64,000 bases of DNA from Parcubacteria group bacterium Licking1014_17. GTDB taxonomy: Bacteria > Patescibacteriota > Minisyncoccia > 2-02-FULL-40-12 > IGHO2-01-FULL-4-A. Position 1 is the stretch's first letter. Each line of letters starts with the position of its first letter. The stretch spans positions 17,252-81,251 of the forward strand of contig VMGJ01000003.1 in NCBI GenBank assembly GCA_007376485.1. Direction: 5' to 3'. A model generated the notes under the pieces. That model worked only from the letters and a program-made list of their open reading frames with translations. It had not been told where the DNA came from and ran no database searches. Positions 1-11,333 of this stretch are shown piece after piece. The position numbers and the translations under genes were made by a program.

Positions 1-1701
<1,701 letters not shown>

Positions 1702-1709
1702 CAATCAAA

Positions 1710-3122
1710 ATGACGAAAAATGAAAAGATCAAAGAGCAGTTTGATAGATTAGCCGACAAAAGGGATTACTGGAAAAATAAAAATCGTTTCTATTACAGCG
1801 TTCTTGAAAGTTTCGTCTCTTTTTTGGTGCCTCAAAATAAACGAGTGCTTGAAGTTGGTTGCGGGACCGGCGATCTTCTGGCAAAATTAAGGCCGAGCCA
1901 TGGCGTGGGTATAGATATAAGCTCGAGAATGGTTGAAATAGCGCGCAGAAAATACCCAGATGGGAATTTGGCTTTCCGGGTAAAAAATGTATCTGAATTA
2001 TCGGAGAAATTCGATTATATCGTGGTATCGGATACAATCGGTTATTTGGATGATGTTGAGGATTTTTTTAGGCAACTACGAAAACTCATTGAGCCGAACG
2101 TACGAGTGGTAATTACCCAATACAGCCAATTATGGGAACCAGTGTTTAATTTGGCATCAGTTGTCAGGATGAGAATGCCTTCGCCAGACCAGAATTGGCT
2201 GTCAAAAAATGATATAGAAAATTTTTTGAGTATCGCCGGGCTTGAAGTTATTAAAAAAGGATCAAAAATTCTCATCCCAAAATACATCCCACTTTTATCG
2301 AAAATATCCAATAGATACCTCGTAAATTTGCCAATTTTTAAGTCTCTCGGAACGGTAAATTATTTCGTTGCCAGACCGGTCTTGTTCAACAAAATACCCA
2401 ATCCCTCGGTTTCGATAATAGTTCCGGCACGTAATGAAGTCGGAACAATAATAGACATAGTTAACGAATTGCCGCAAATCGGGAAAAATACTGAAATTAT
2501 TTTTATCGAGGGTCATTCTACCGACAACACGCTCGATGAGATAAAAAAAGCTTTAGCCATCAAAATTCAGGGTAAATCAATACGCTATGCGGTCCAGGAT
2601 GGCAAGGGCAAGGGCGATGCTGTCAGAAAGGGTTTTGATATGGCTACCGGCGATATATTGGTAATTTACGATGCCGATATGACCGTCCCGCCAAAGGAAG
2701 TAGAAAAATTTTACAGGCTGATAGCTGAAGGATGCTGTGATTTTGCCAATGGTTCCAGGTTGGTTTACCCAATGGAAAAGCAATCAATGAGAACCCTAAA
2801 CTACATTGGTAATAAATTTTTCAGCATTGTATTCAGCTGGCTTTTGGAACAGAAGATAAAGGATACTCTTTGCGGTACCAAGGCGCTTTGGAAAAGAGAC
2901 TACGAGGAAATAAAGAGAAACAGAAAATTTTTCGGCAATTTCGATCCATTCGGAGATTTTGACCTGCTTTTCGGCGCGGCAAAGATAAACTTAAAAATTA
3001 TAGATGTGCCTGTCCATTATCGCGATAGAAAGTACGGCGCCACCAATATCAGTCGGTGGAAGCATGGGTGGTTATTGCTGAAAATGGCTTTTTTTGCCAT
3101 GAAAAAAATTAAATTTATCTAA
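1710..3122 (+). CDS. bifunctional class I SAM-dependent methyltransferase / family 2 glycosyltransferase
   Basis: The N-terminal half carries the SAM motif I VLEVGCGTGDLL. The C-terminal half has the GT2 signature (SIIVPARNE, DGKGKGDAV, YDADMT). Single uninterrupted 470-aa ORF. Confidence 0.7.
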   Translation: MTKNEKIKEQFDRLADKRDYWKNKNRFYYSVLESFVSFLVPQNKRVLEVGCGTGDLLAKLRPSHGVGIDISSRMVEIARRKYPDGNLAFRVKNVSELSEKFDYIVVSDTIGYLDDVEDFFRQLRKLIEPNVRVVITQYSQLWEPVFNLASVVRMRMPSPDQNWLSKNDIENFLSIAGLEVIKKGSKILIPKYIPLLSKISNRYLVNLPIFKSLGTVNYFVARPVLFNKIPNPSVSIIVPARNEVGTIIDIVNELPQIGKNTEIIFIEGHSTDNTLDEIKKALAIKIQGKSIRYAVQDGKGKGDAVRKGFDMATGDILVIYDADMTVPPKEVEKFYRLIAEGCCDFANGSRLVYPMEKQSMRTLNYIGNKFFSIVFSWLLEQKIKDTLCGTKALWKRDYEEIKRNRKFFGNFDPFGDFDLLFGAAKINLKIIDVPVHYRDRKYGATNISRWKHGWLLLKMAFFAMKKIKFI

Positions 3123-3123
3123 T

Positions 3124-3798
3124 ATGGAAAGTAGGGATCATTTTGATGCCATAGCCGCAGATTATGATTTTTGGAAAAAAAAGAATTGGTATTACTATGA
3201 AAATCTAAAGAAGATTTTCATAGTAATAATTCCCGAGGGATCAAAAGTACTCGAGATAGGTTGTGGTACGGGCGACATCTTGGCGTCGCTTAAGCCACAA
3301 CAAGGGTTAGGAATCGACATCAGTTACAAAATGGTAGAACTAGCCAACTTGAAATATAAATCCAATAAAAATTTATCTTTCGAAGCAAGGGATATAACAA
3401 AGACAAATGAATTGTTGAATTATCCCTACATTTTAATGGTTGATGTCCTGGAGCACATAGAGAATCTGCAAGACTTTTTCCGACATCTGAATAAAATTAC
3501 ATTAAGCGCTTCAAAAATAATAATCTCCGTGGCGAATCCTTTATGGGAACCTATTCTTTCAATCGCTGAAAAATTAAAACTAAAAATGCCCGAAGGACCT
3601 CACAAAAGGTGGCGATTAAGTGATTTAGAAAATTGGTTTAAAAATTCGGGGTTTTCTATCGTTGATACAAATTATCGCCTATTGATTCCCAAAAAAATAC
3701 CGGCAGCGGACTTTATAAACGCGCGTTTCTATAAACTATCCCTACTGAACCGGCTGGGAATGATCAAATATTGGATATTGAAAAAAAACATTCACTAG
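3124..3798 (+). CDS. class I SAM-dependent methyltransferase
   Basis: VLEIGCGTGDILASL motif I, a paralog of the N-terminal domain of the preceding gene. Starts 2 nt after the upstream stop. Confidence 0.7.
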   Translation: MESRDHFDAIAADYDFWKKKNWYYYENLKKIFIVIIPEGSKVLEIGCGTGDILASLKPQQGLGIDISYKMVELANLKYKSNKNLSFEARDITKTNELLNYPYILMVDVLEHIENLQDFFRHLNKITLSASKIIISVANPLWEPILSIAEKLKLKMPEGPHKRWRLSDLENWFKNSGFSIVDTNYRLLIPKKIPAADFINARFYKLSLLNRLGMIKYWILKKNIH

Positions 3799-3811
3799 GA
3801 AAGAAATTTTT

Positions 3812-6301
3812 CTACTTTTCCGAGGCAGAGACTGACACTATTGTGTTGTTTTTTAAAAACAAAAATAATAATGTCCCAAATATTATTATGCCTATAATCC
3901 CAAACATAAGATTAATGGCACCCGGCTGATCTTGGTATTTAATTTCAACGATACCCGAACCCTCAGGAATTAAAACACCAAGATATGTAACGTTGCCCAA
4001 AAAAGTTTTCAAAGGTTGTGATGGTGGTACATTGCCATCGCCCCAAAATGCTTTCCAGTATTTATCATATGTTACTGGGAGAATCAGTATGCCTGGTAAA
4101 TCGTTATTTTTGATTTCAATCAATCTGTATCCATCGTCCTTTTTCAAAATTTTAAGTTGCGGAAAATGTTTTGAAATCGTTTCTTGGTTTTTCAAAACCG
4201 GTTCGGTTACTATGGCGAATTCATTGGGATTCCAGTTTGAACTAAAGAAATAAGAAAGCGCTTCATTTCTTTCCGTGATTAATTTTTCCTTACGGACAAA
4301 AGTATATTCCGGATAGTTGGTTTTTCGCTGCCAGAGAGATAGTCGATCCGCCGTGAATAATTTTTCCCACTCGGGGTTACGGATAATTAGGTCTTCGGAA
4401 CCTATTACGGTATTAACCCCATTAAGAACGAAGTAGCGGTTAGTAGCCTCCGAAAATTTAATACTCGGCTCGCTCATTCTGAGAGTCCCCAGGTCATTAT
4501 TTAGATAAGCAACGCTTTTCTTGAATTCATCAAACTTTACGGATGGGTCCAGATTTTTTTCAAAAATAAAACGATGGTAATTAAAAAGATCCGCATAAGA
4601 ACTATACATGGGGTTACGATAGCCGGTTATCGTGGAAAGTCCTAGTTGCAGAGGGCTGTTCTGGTGTACTCTCGCCCCTTTCGGTGTTTGTATCAATGCA
4701 ACTCGATCAATTTCCGGATATTTTTTGACCAAGCTTCCAAACTCGGTTTCCGGATAAAATAATTTGCTTGAATTAATGGCAAATGCCACCGGTGCCGCGC
4801 GTAAAAATAATCGCGCGAAGGAGGGAATTATCAAACTGAGTACAATCAGAAAAGTGGCAATGCTTTTTACCAGTCCTTGATTTGCCTCGGGGTTTTTACG
4901 GCTCAAAATAAACATCCCTAGCAAAAAAATCGCCGAGCTCGCGGAAATATAAATTGCTTCAATTAATATCTGGCGATGGCGAAGGTATCTGAAAACTGCA
5001 AAAACTGGAATAAAGACCACCATATATAACAAGGCGACCCCAATAATCCACTGAGCTCTTTTGCTTAATTGAAACTCCCCCCTTATTAGACTTCGCAAGG
5101 CATAGACGGTGGCAAAACTACCAAGCAAAAAAAACAAACCGGACGCGCGTATTGAAGTTTCTTCCCTAAAAGGACTGCCGATAATAACACTCAGAATAAA
5201 TTGGGTAATTCCGGTAAAATACAGAAGCCAAAAAAGAACCATCGTTGTGTAACCGCGATACCGTCTCCAAAATACATAAATACCGATGAAAAACAGAATC
5301 AAAAAAACTGGACCGGGGCTGAATACGCCGGCTGTGTTAGATCCATAAAGACCATAAAATTGTGAATTCCCGAAAAGAACACTGGTCAACTTGCGGTGGA
5401 ATTTAATCGGTTCGTAGCCAATCCATCCCAAGGGATCAAGGGCATAGTCCTTATGCTTTAACAACTCCGAAAGACTGAGATCGATATTTAGCTTGTTTGA
5501 CACGGAGAGAAACGACAAATGCCTTTCCAGAGAAAAATTTAAAACCAAAGCGGTCGCTCCAAACAAAATTCCAGTGACTATCAGCATAACCAAATACCTC
5601 TTTTTTTCGGCGGCAAAAAAATAGCCGACCCCCAATAATACAAAACATAAGCCAGCATACAAGTACAACTGGAAAAAGGCGGAAAGTAAAATACAAAAAA
5701 ATCCGGCTGTTGCCAGAAAAATAAACAGCCTTTTTCTGAAATAAAAATAAAACTGCACCATTCCTAACGTCGCCATTTCGTAACCGATAAGCGACATATT
5801 GTAGGCATCACCAAGAAAAAAATAAGAACACGTAATAGATAAAAATCCGAAAATAACAGAATAAAATATCTCAAATTTTAGAGAACGGGCTATCAGATAA
5901 CCCAAGGTAAAACTGATAAATAAGTATGCCAGCGCGGAAAAATTGGCACTTGAAGTAGTTGGTAAAAATTTATTGAAAAGACGGGTTAAGGTATGGGCAT
6001 TACCGGTATATCCCGCCGTAATCGGATAGCCGTTCATCACTCTTTCCGTATACGAATTCTGGTAGGAATTTTTGGCAAGATAATCAATTTCACCGGCAAT
6101 GAAATTGCTCTCAAAAATATAATCACCATCGCGCTCTTGGCTGCAATTCACCGGAGGATTCAACGACGACCAGGGATAATAACCTCGGCAATAAATCTGA
6201 TCCACCGGCAAAAATGTTTTGCCGGTTAGGTGCAAAACCGTACCAAACAGAGACAAAACAACAGCAAATAAAAATAAAAAAATAATTTCTTTTCTATACA
6301 T
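3812..6301 (-). CDS. YfhO-like large membrane protein (putative GT-C-type glycan transferase/polymerase)
   Basis: 829 aa. Many TM helices in the first ~450 aa, then a soluble domain, then a single C-terminal TM helix. This is the typical YfhO-family architecture. Overlaps the downstream GT2 gene by 8 nt. Confidence 0.5.
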   Translation of the reverse strand: MYRKEIIFLFLFAVVLSLFGTVLHLTGKTFLPVDQIYCRGYYPWSSLNPPVNCSQERDGDYIFESNFIAGEIDYLAKNSYQNSYTERVMNGYPITAGYTGNAHTLTRLFNKFLPTTSSANFSALAYLFISFTLGYLIARSLKFEIFYSVIFGFLSITCSYFFLGDAYNMSLIGYEMATLGMVQFYFYFRKRLFIFLATAGFFCILLSAFFQLYLYAGLCFVLLGVGYFFAAEKKRYLVMLIVTGILFGATALVLNFSLERHLSFLSVSNKLNIDLSLSELLKHKDYALDPLGWIGYEPIKFHRKLTSVLFGNSQFYGLYGSNTAGVFSPGPVFLILFFIGIYVFWRRYRGYTTMVLFWLLYFTGITQFILSVIIGSPFREETSIRASGLFFLLGSFATVYALRSLIRGEFQLSKRAQWIIGVALLYMVVFIPVFAVFRYLRHRQILIEAIYISASSAIFLLGMFILSRKNPEANQGLVKSIATFLIVLSLIIPSFARLFLRAAPVAFAINSSKLFYPETEFGSLVKKYPEIDRVALIQTPKGARVHQNSPLQLGLSTITGYRNPMYSSYADLFNYHRFIFEKNLDPSVKFDEFKKSVAYLNNDLGTLRMSEPSIKFSEATNRYFVLNGVNTVIGSEDLIIRNPEWEKLFTADRLSLWQRKTNYPEYTFVRKEKLITERNEALSYFFSSNWNPNEFAIVTEPVLKNQETISKHFPQLKILKKDDGYRLIEIKNNDLPGILILPVTYDKYWKAFWGDGNVPPSQPLKTFLGNVTYLGVLIPEGSGIVEIKYQDQPGAINLMFGIIGIIIFGTLLFLFLKNNTIVSVSASEK

Positions 6302-7007
6302 TCAGGTTTTTTCTTAGGCGGAATATGTATTTTATGGTTCTCCATATGGTTTTCAGCCGCCCCCTGAAACTTGGTGCCGATTTAGAGGTACCGTGCATCC
6401 TCTTTCCAAATTCAACCAGAAAATCTATAATTTCATATTTTTTCGATTTGGCTATGTATAACAAGTAAAGATCCAGTGAAAAATCCGATGGCGGCTTGGA
6501 AAGGTAGGCGACAAATTCACGTCCGAAAAGTTTCGGCTGGGCGTTAATCTCCCTAAAAATCCTGCCAAGAACTATTGAAGAGATAGTCGACATGCCACCA
6601 GTCAGAACAGACTCCAAAAATCTCCTCTCAATACGACGGCCTTTGATGATGCATTTTTTTCCATCCCGAATGTTTTGTAAATATAACTCATAGGCCCTAA
6701 AAACATCTGCCGGATCGGTTTGAAGGTCGGCGTGTGTCCAGCAGATAACATCACCGATAGCGGCTGAAACGCCCGACATGATGGCGCTGCCATAGCCTTT
6801 ATTAACATCGTAACTCACCGCTTTCATGAACGGGAATCTGCCTGATGCCTCCGCCTCTTTAAGACAAACTCCTGTTTGATCTTTTGATCCGTCATTTACG
6901 CAAACAAGTTCAAAATTACGGTTCTTAACAAATTTCAAAAACTCATTTAACACCAGTAACACGTTTTTCTCCTCATTATAAAACGGTATGACTATTGAAA
7001 ATTTCAT
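6294..7007 (-). CDS. family 2 glycosyltransferase (polyprenyl-phosphate sugar synthase-like, DPM/GtrB type)
   Basis: N-terminal FSIVIPFYNEEKNV, VCVNDGSKDQT and HADLQTDP motifs. Confidence 0.7.
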   Translation of the reverse strand: MKFSIVIPFYNEEKNVLLVLNEFLKFVKNRNFELVCVNDGSKDQTGVCLKEAEASGRFPFMKAVSYDVNKGYGSAIMSGVSAAIGDVICWTHADLQTDPADVFRAYELYLQNIRDGKKCIIKGRRIERRFLESVLTGGMSTISSIVLGRIFREINAQPKLFGREFVAYLSKPPSDFSLDLYLLYIAKSKKYEIIDFLVEFGKRMHGTSKSAPSFRGRLKTIWRTIKYIFRLRKNLNV

Positions 7008-7777
7008 TTTTTGTTCAGTTTAAAATAATTACTCCAGTATTCATATGTTTTCAGCTCAAACGGCGTGCCCCAGCAAAGAAATTTATCCACGTTGAAGATA
7101 TTTACCTTTAGATTGTTACCAATGGCAACGTTCATGCACTCATCAAGGGAAAATTCCGGCCCGCTTTTTATATTCTCTCTAATCATTTGCTCAATATTGT
7201 CAAAACACAATTTGGCCCTTCTAAACGTAAAGTGGCCGACGACGGCATGGTCCTCAAGTGGTGAATTGCTTATAGGTGTTTTATAGAAAACCCTGACTAC
7301 GCGGCCACTCTTTATTTTTATCCACCCATAGGAGGTTGGACTAATTTCCATGGGAGGATAATGGTTGAAAGACCACACCAACACATCTGACCTTTTTATT
7401 GTGCTATCAAATTTAAATTTGTCATATATCACGCCGCTATCGCAAGTGCCTACGGTTAATATTGATTCAGGATCAATGAGTTTTTTTGCAGCGAGACAGC
7501 TATGGGCTTGACCCTTTAATTCTCCTTTTTGAATTGCAATTTTTGATTTTGGATAATACCGCTTCAGAACCTTATCCAGAGAAAATTCATTGACTTGTTT
7601 TTCTGAAACGATAAAAACCAAATCATCGGCTCGGGGCAGACACCGGGTAGCCGCTACGATCATCGGCACGCCGTCAACGGAGATCAGGGGCTTGAGAACA
7701 TGATAACCGGCATCGCTGAATCTTTTGCCTAAGCCGGCTACCAAGACAAGGTTTGTTTTTGTTTTTTTACCGCTCAT
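7004..7777 (-). CDS. sugar-phosphate/phosphocholine nucleotidyltransferase-like (LicC/NTP_transferase family)
   Basis: N-terminal LVAGLGKRF...KPL motif of NTP-transferases. The C-terminal CWGTPFELKTYEYW resembles the LicC family. Confidence 0.55.
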   Translation of the reverse strand: MSGKKTKTNLVLVAGLGKRFSDAGYHVLKPLISVDGVPMIVAATRCLPRADDLVFIVSEKQVNEFSLDKVLKRYYPKSKIAIQKGELKGQAHSCLAAKKLIDPESILTVGTCDSGVIYDKFKFDSTIKRSDVLVWSFNHYPPMEISPTSYGWIKIKSGRVVRVFYKTPISNSPLEDHAVVGHFTFRRAKLCFDNIEQMIRENIKSGPEFSLDECMNVAIGNNLKVNIFNVDKFLCWGTPFELKTYEYWSNYFKLNKK

Positions 7778-8537
7778 TGTTATTGTTCAGAAAAAATTCG
7801 GACCAATACAGATAATCCCGCAAATCGCTAGGCGTCCCCCATTGGCAGAAATAATTTATCGGATAGATACCGCAATTCAAACCATCTTTGATCATCTCGT
7901 TATAAACCATGCTTACGTAATATTCGCCGTTTATTTTTTGTTTTTTATTCACTAGTTTCATAAAATACTTTTTCATCATTGCGCCTGATTTAAAATAATA
8001 AGCACCGCAGGAATGCCAGGAATCAAATTTGTTCGGAGTAAAAGAATGTTTTTCCATTATTTCAAGAATTCGGCCTGACGGTTCTGATTTTACGCCAGCG
8101 TAGAAATTATACCTAAGAAGGTGAGGATGAAAACCGGTATAACAGACAACGGCACCATCCAAATTGTCAAAAACAATTTTTCTCTTGAAATGACCAAAAT
8201 CCCAATGCATATTGAAGTCGCAATAATTAACAATAGCCGGTTCTTCGTCGGCAATATTTTTGAAGCATTCGACAATACTTGATACTGGACCGGAGTTTTT
8301 ATAATCAATTAACTGGATTTTGCCGCTCGGACATACTTTTTTAAGAATTTTTTCCAAATTAAAATTTCTTGCGTGGATTTTGTTGCAGATGAATAAAAAG
8401 TTTTTCTCACCCGGAAAAAGACGAATGACGTGTTCTATCATGCACGCGTCGTCAATTTTAATCAGAGGCTTGGGTTTCTTATAGCCCGCCCTGATAAACC
8501 TCTCACTCAAACCTGCCATTGGTATAATAATCTGCAT
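7767..8537 (-). CDS. nucleotidyltransferase-like paralog (LicC/NTP_transferase family)
   Basis: MAGLSERF...KPKPLIKI at the N-terminus and CQWGTPSDLRDYLYW at the C-terminus. Clear tandem paralog of 7004..7777. Confidence 0.55.
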   Translation of the reverse strand: MQIIIPMAGLSERFIRAGYKKPKPLIKIDDACMIEHVIRLFPGEKNFLFICNKIHARNFNLEKILKKVCPSGKIQLIDYKNSGPVSSIVECFKNIADEEPAIVNYCDFNMHWDFGHFKRKIVFDNLDGAVVCYTGFHPHLLRYNFYAGVKSEPSGRILEIMEKHSFTPNKFDSWHSCGAYYFKSGAMMKKYFMKLVNKKQKINGEYYVSMVYNEMIKDGLNCGIYPINYFCQWGTPSDLRDYLYWSEFFLNNNNER

Positions 8538-8541
8538 AATT

Positions 8542-9213
8542 TTAGCCGGCCAAGATCCCGGATAGCGTTATCTTCTTAAATCCAAGTTCTTTGTTAATTA
8601 TTATTGTACGTATGCCTAGTTTTCTTGCGCCAGCGACGTCGCGTTTGCGATTATCACCCACCATCACTACCTGACTTGGCTTAAGCCCACATTTTTTTAG
8701 CGCAACCCTAAAAATAGCCGCCGAGGGCTTATCACCACCAGCTTCTTCCGAAGTAACCACAAAATCAACGAATCTATCCAGAGCCAATTTTGAAATTTTT
8801 TCAAACTGCACTCTGGCTGTCAGGTCGGTGATAACCACCGTCTTCAGTCCAGCCTTTTTTATTGACCGTAAAAATTCCAGGATTCTAGGACGCAGGTGGA
8901 TTTTATCCATGAAGGATTTCCAGAATACGGCTTCGGCCCGCATAACAATTGTTATAGGAGTCAAGTTGGTTAACTCCTCTAAACAACCCTGAATATATAG
9001 AAACCTTGAATGACTTGAGGCCAGTCCTTTAAGATTAGAATGCGTTTTTTTTCTAGCCCTATTATAAGCTGTGGCTATTTTTTTCTGCGGAATATTTAAT
9101 TTGCCGCTTAAATAATCAAACACCGCTTTTCTTCCGGCCGCATCGCACTCAGCGTAAGAATATAAGGTGTCATCTATATCTATAAAAATTCCATTGATTT
9201 TTTTTAATCCCAT
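8542..9213 (-). CDS. HAD-superfamily hydrolase/phosphatase
   Basis: Motif I FIDIDDTLY (DxDxT) near the N-terminus. A later VMVGDNRKRD matches motif IV. Confidence 0.65.
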   Translation of the reverse strand: MGLKKINGIFIDIDDTLYSYAECDAAGRKAVFDYLSGKLNIPQKKIATAYNRARKKTHSNLKGLASSHSRFLYIQGCLEELTNLTPITIVMRAEAVFWKSFMDKIHLRPRILEFLRSIKKAGLKTVVITDLTARVQFEKISKLALDRFVDFVVTSEEAGGDKPSAAIFRVALKKCGLKPSQVVMVGDNRKRDVAGARKLGIRTIIINKELGFKKITLSGILAG

Positions 9214-9794
9214 AAATTTCCAAACTTAAGGTCAACCATCACGGCATCTGGAGTGTATTTTAGCTTTTTCAGCTTGCGCCGGTATTTCAAAATGTCATCC
9301 GGCCGCCCCCAGCGATCCGGCGAAACCAAACAGGTTTTAAATCCTGATATTTTATTGATAATTTTCTTATCGAGTGGCAACGTTGTATTTGTGTCAATCC
9401 AGAGCCAGTCTAATTTACTTTTTTGTTTTATCGCCATTTCAACGGGTTCGTCTTCGCTATAACGCACGGCGATTTGCCTTATTCCGCTACGAACGGCACG
9501 GTATAAATATGGAAATTCAACGTCCAAAAGAAAATATTTGCTTTTGGAAATCTTGTGTTTTTGTGCGAGTTTTATACATGTTTGTTCTATACCTGATTCC
9601 TTGATGTTGAAAATCAAAAAAGCATGCTCAAAGTTCTTTAAATATTCATCCAAATCATCACCGTCTCCCGGTTCGTGATTTAAATAAACCTTTCCGCTTC
9701 GATTATCATGTCTAACATCAATTTCCACGCCCCAGTTTCCCGGTACTTTAGCCAAGTCTGCGATTTTATTGATTCGATGCGCTATTTTTATCAT
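9204..9794 (-). CDS. hypothetical protein, possible GDPD/PI-PLC-like phosphodiesterase
   Basis: Weak motif resemblance only: an N-terminal IAHR and EIDVRHD...YLNHE pattern. Confidence 0.3.
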   Translation of the reverse strand: MIKIAHRINKIADLAKVPGNWGVEIDVRHDNRSGKVYLNHEPGDGDDLDEYLKNFEHAFLIFNIKESGIEQTCIKLAQKHKISKSKYFLLDVEFPYLYRAVRSGIRQIAVRYSEDEPVEMAIKQKSKLDWLWIDTNTTLPLDKKIINKISGFKTCLVSPDRWGRPDDILKYRRKLKKLKYTPDAVMVDLKFGNLWD

Positions 9795-10612
9795 TTTAAT
9801 ATTGCGTATTTATTCTTCCTATATTTTTCCTGGCGCATATTCCGAATTTTTTTCACTTCGCTCGCGGAAAGAAAGTTTGGCGTTTTCCCCAGTTTTGAAA
9901 TTGAATCAAGTATGTAATTATGCGCTGAATATAATTCAAAAAATAATTCTTTTCGCTCCAGGGCAATATCCATCTTATTCTTTGTGAAAAACACGACAGA
10001 ATCCGGAAAAAGATGATTATTAACATCACATCTCTCTTTTAACACTTTAAAGGGAACTATGCCATTTTTCTCCAGATATTTTTTTGCATATAAATCAGTG
10101 ATCATCATTAAATCAAGAGCTTTTTGAGCGCTATTGTGATGTGTTATTAACCCATGATTTTGTAAAACTATAACCGATGGCAATGTTTTGTTTTTACGAA
10201 TGGCCTTTTTTAACTCTCGGCCTATATCGGCCCCCGGCCGCCTGAATCGCAAGAACAAGAAAGGTAACTTTATTATTTTTCTTAATTCCTGCTCGCCATT
10301 CTTCATACAGCTGAAAACATTAATAGACACCGAGTGTGCATGAATAACATATTTAGAATCAATCAGAACATGTAGGAACGTTTCTATTGAAGGGGTGCTG
10401 GAATCACCGTTAGCGACAACGATCATATCTGGTGAGTTTTTAACCTTGATGTAACCGTAATTTTTCCTAATATCGCGCAGGCAAAAACCCGATGCCTTAA
10501 TAACAATATGGCCGTTAGTTTTTATGGATACATTTCCACCCGGACCCTGAACCAGATCCGGCAAGCTCCCAATGTATTTTGAGATTCTAAGAAAATGTTG
10601 CATTTTTACCAT
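9791..10612 (-). CDS. class II aldolase/adducin-domain protein (fuculose-P aldolase / ribulose-5-P 4-epimerase family)
   Basis: GPGGNVSIK and HAHS motifs typical of class II aldolases. Confidence 0.6.
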   Translation of the reverse strand: MVKMQHFLRISKYIGSLPDLVQGPGGNVSIKTNGHIVIKASGFCLRDIRKNYGYIKVKNSPDMIVVANGDSSTPSIETFLHVLIDSKYVIHAHSVSINVFSCMKNGEQELRKIIKLPFLFLRFRRPGADIGRELKKAIRKNKTLPSVIVLQNHGLITHHNSAQKALDLMMITDLYAKKYLEKNGIVPFKVLKERCDVNNHLFPDSVVFFTKNKMDIALERKELFFELYSAHNYILDSISKLGKTPNFLSASEVKKIRNMRQEKYRKNKYAILK

Positions 10613-11333
10613 TATAAAAGTTATAGAGATAATTTATAAAGAATATCTGATGTACACCCATAAGTCCCGATTCAAACTTGGGGCTACCCTCAACAAGATC
10701 ATTCAGGTTTGGATAAAGCGAATAGGCAACCTTTTCAATTTCAGCCGAATCAACATCACCTTGAATGCATAATTGCTGATAATCAATGGAATGATATTTG
10801 TGTTCGATTTCTAATCTCAGAAGTTTAAGTTCCGCTACGAGGGCGTCTATTTTAATCGAGTTCTTTAGTAAATATCCTAAGGACAAAAAACCGTTTTTGT
10901 CGGTAGTGTAATGAATTGACCAGTCGGCAAATTGTTTTTGAGGATGGATAAATTTTTCCGCATCGGGACGGCGTTTTTCAATTTGTGCGCTAACTGTCTG
11001 GGCTTGATATTTTCTTTCTTTCTGATCACGTAAAATCTTCCATTTCATCCGCAATACCTCGTCTGCTTCCATGTATATTTTAAGATCTGGGAGATTTCTC
11101 ATTTTATCCAGCAAAAAGGTCATCAGACCCTGAAAAACGATGAATTTATTTGGGTGTATTTTAATAGGATCCGTAAATTTCCCGGAATCATGGTCGTAAC
11201 AGACACGATCTATAATTTCCCCGCGCATCAACGTTTCCGCATGTTCGTAATCCGTATGGATATAATTACCCCTGGGGGTCCAAATGTGTGATGTCTTGCC
11301 AATGCGGATCGCTACGTTCCCACCTATGAACAT
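10587..11333 (-). CDS. C-terminal remainder of the PRK/uridine-kinase-family domain, displaced by a +1 frameshift
   Basis: Starting at RGNYIH, ...CYDHDSGKF...IHPNKFIVFQGL continues the PRK/uridine-kinase fold exactly where the previous ORF stops. Removing one G from the GGGGG run at 11275-11279 fuses the two ORFs into ...THLDPRGNYIH... Confidence 0.6.
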   Translation of the reverse strand: MFIGGNVAIRIGKTSHIWTPRGNYIHTDYEHAETLMRGEIIDRVCYDHDSGKFTDPIKIHPNKFIVFQGLMTFLLDKMRNLPDLKIYMEADEVLRMKWKILRDQKERKYQAQTVSAQIEKRRPDAEKFIHPQKQFADWSIHYTTDKNGFLSLGYLLKNSIKIDALVAELKLLRLEIEHKYHSIDYQQLCIQGDVDSAEIEKVAYSLYPNLNDLVEGSPKFESGLMGVHQIFFINYLYNFYNGKNATFS

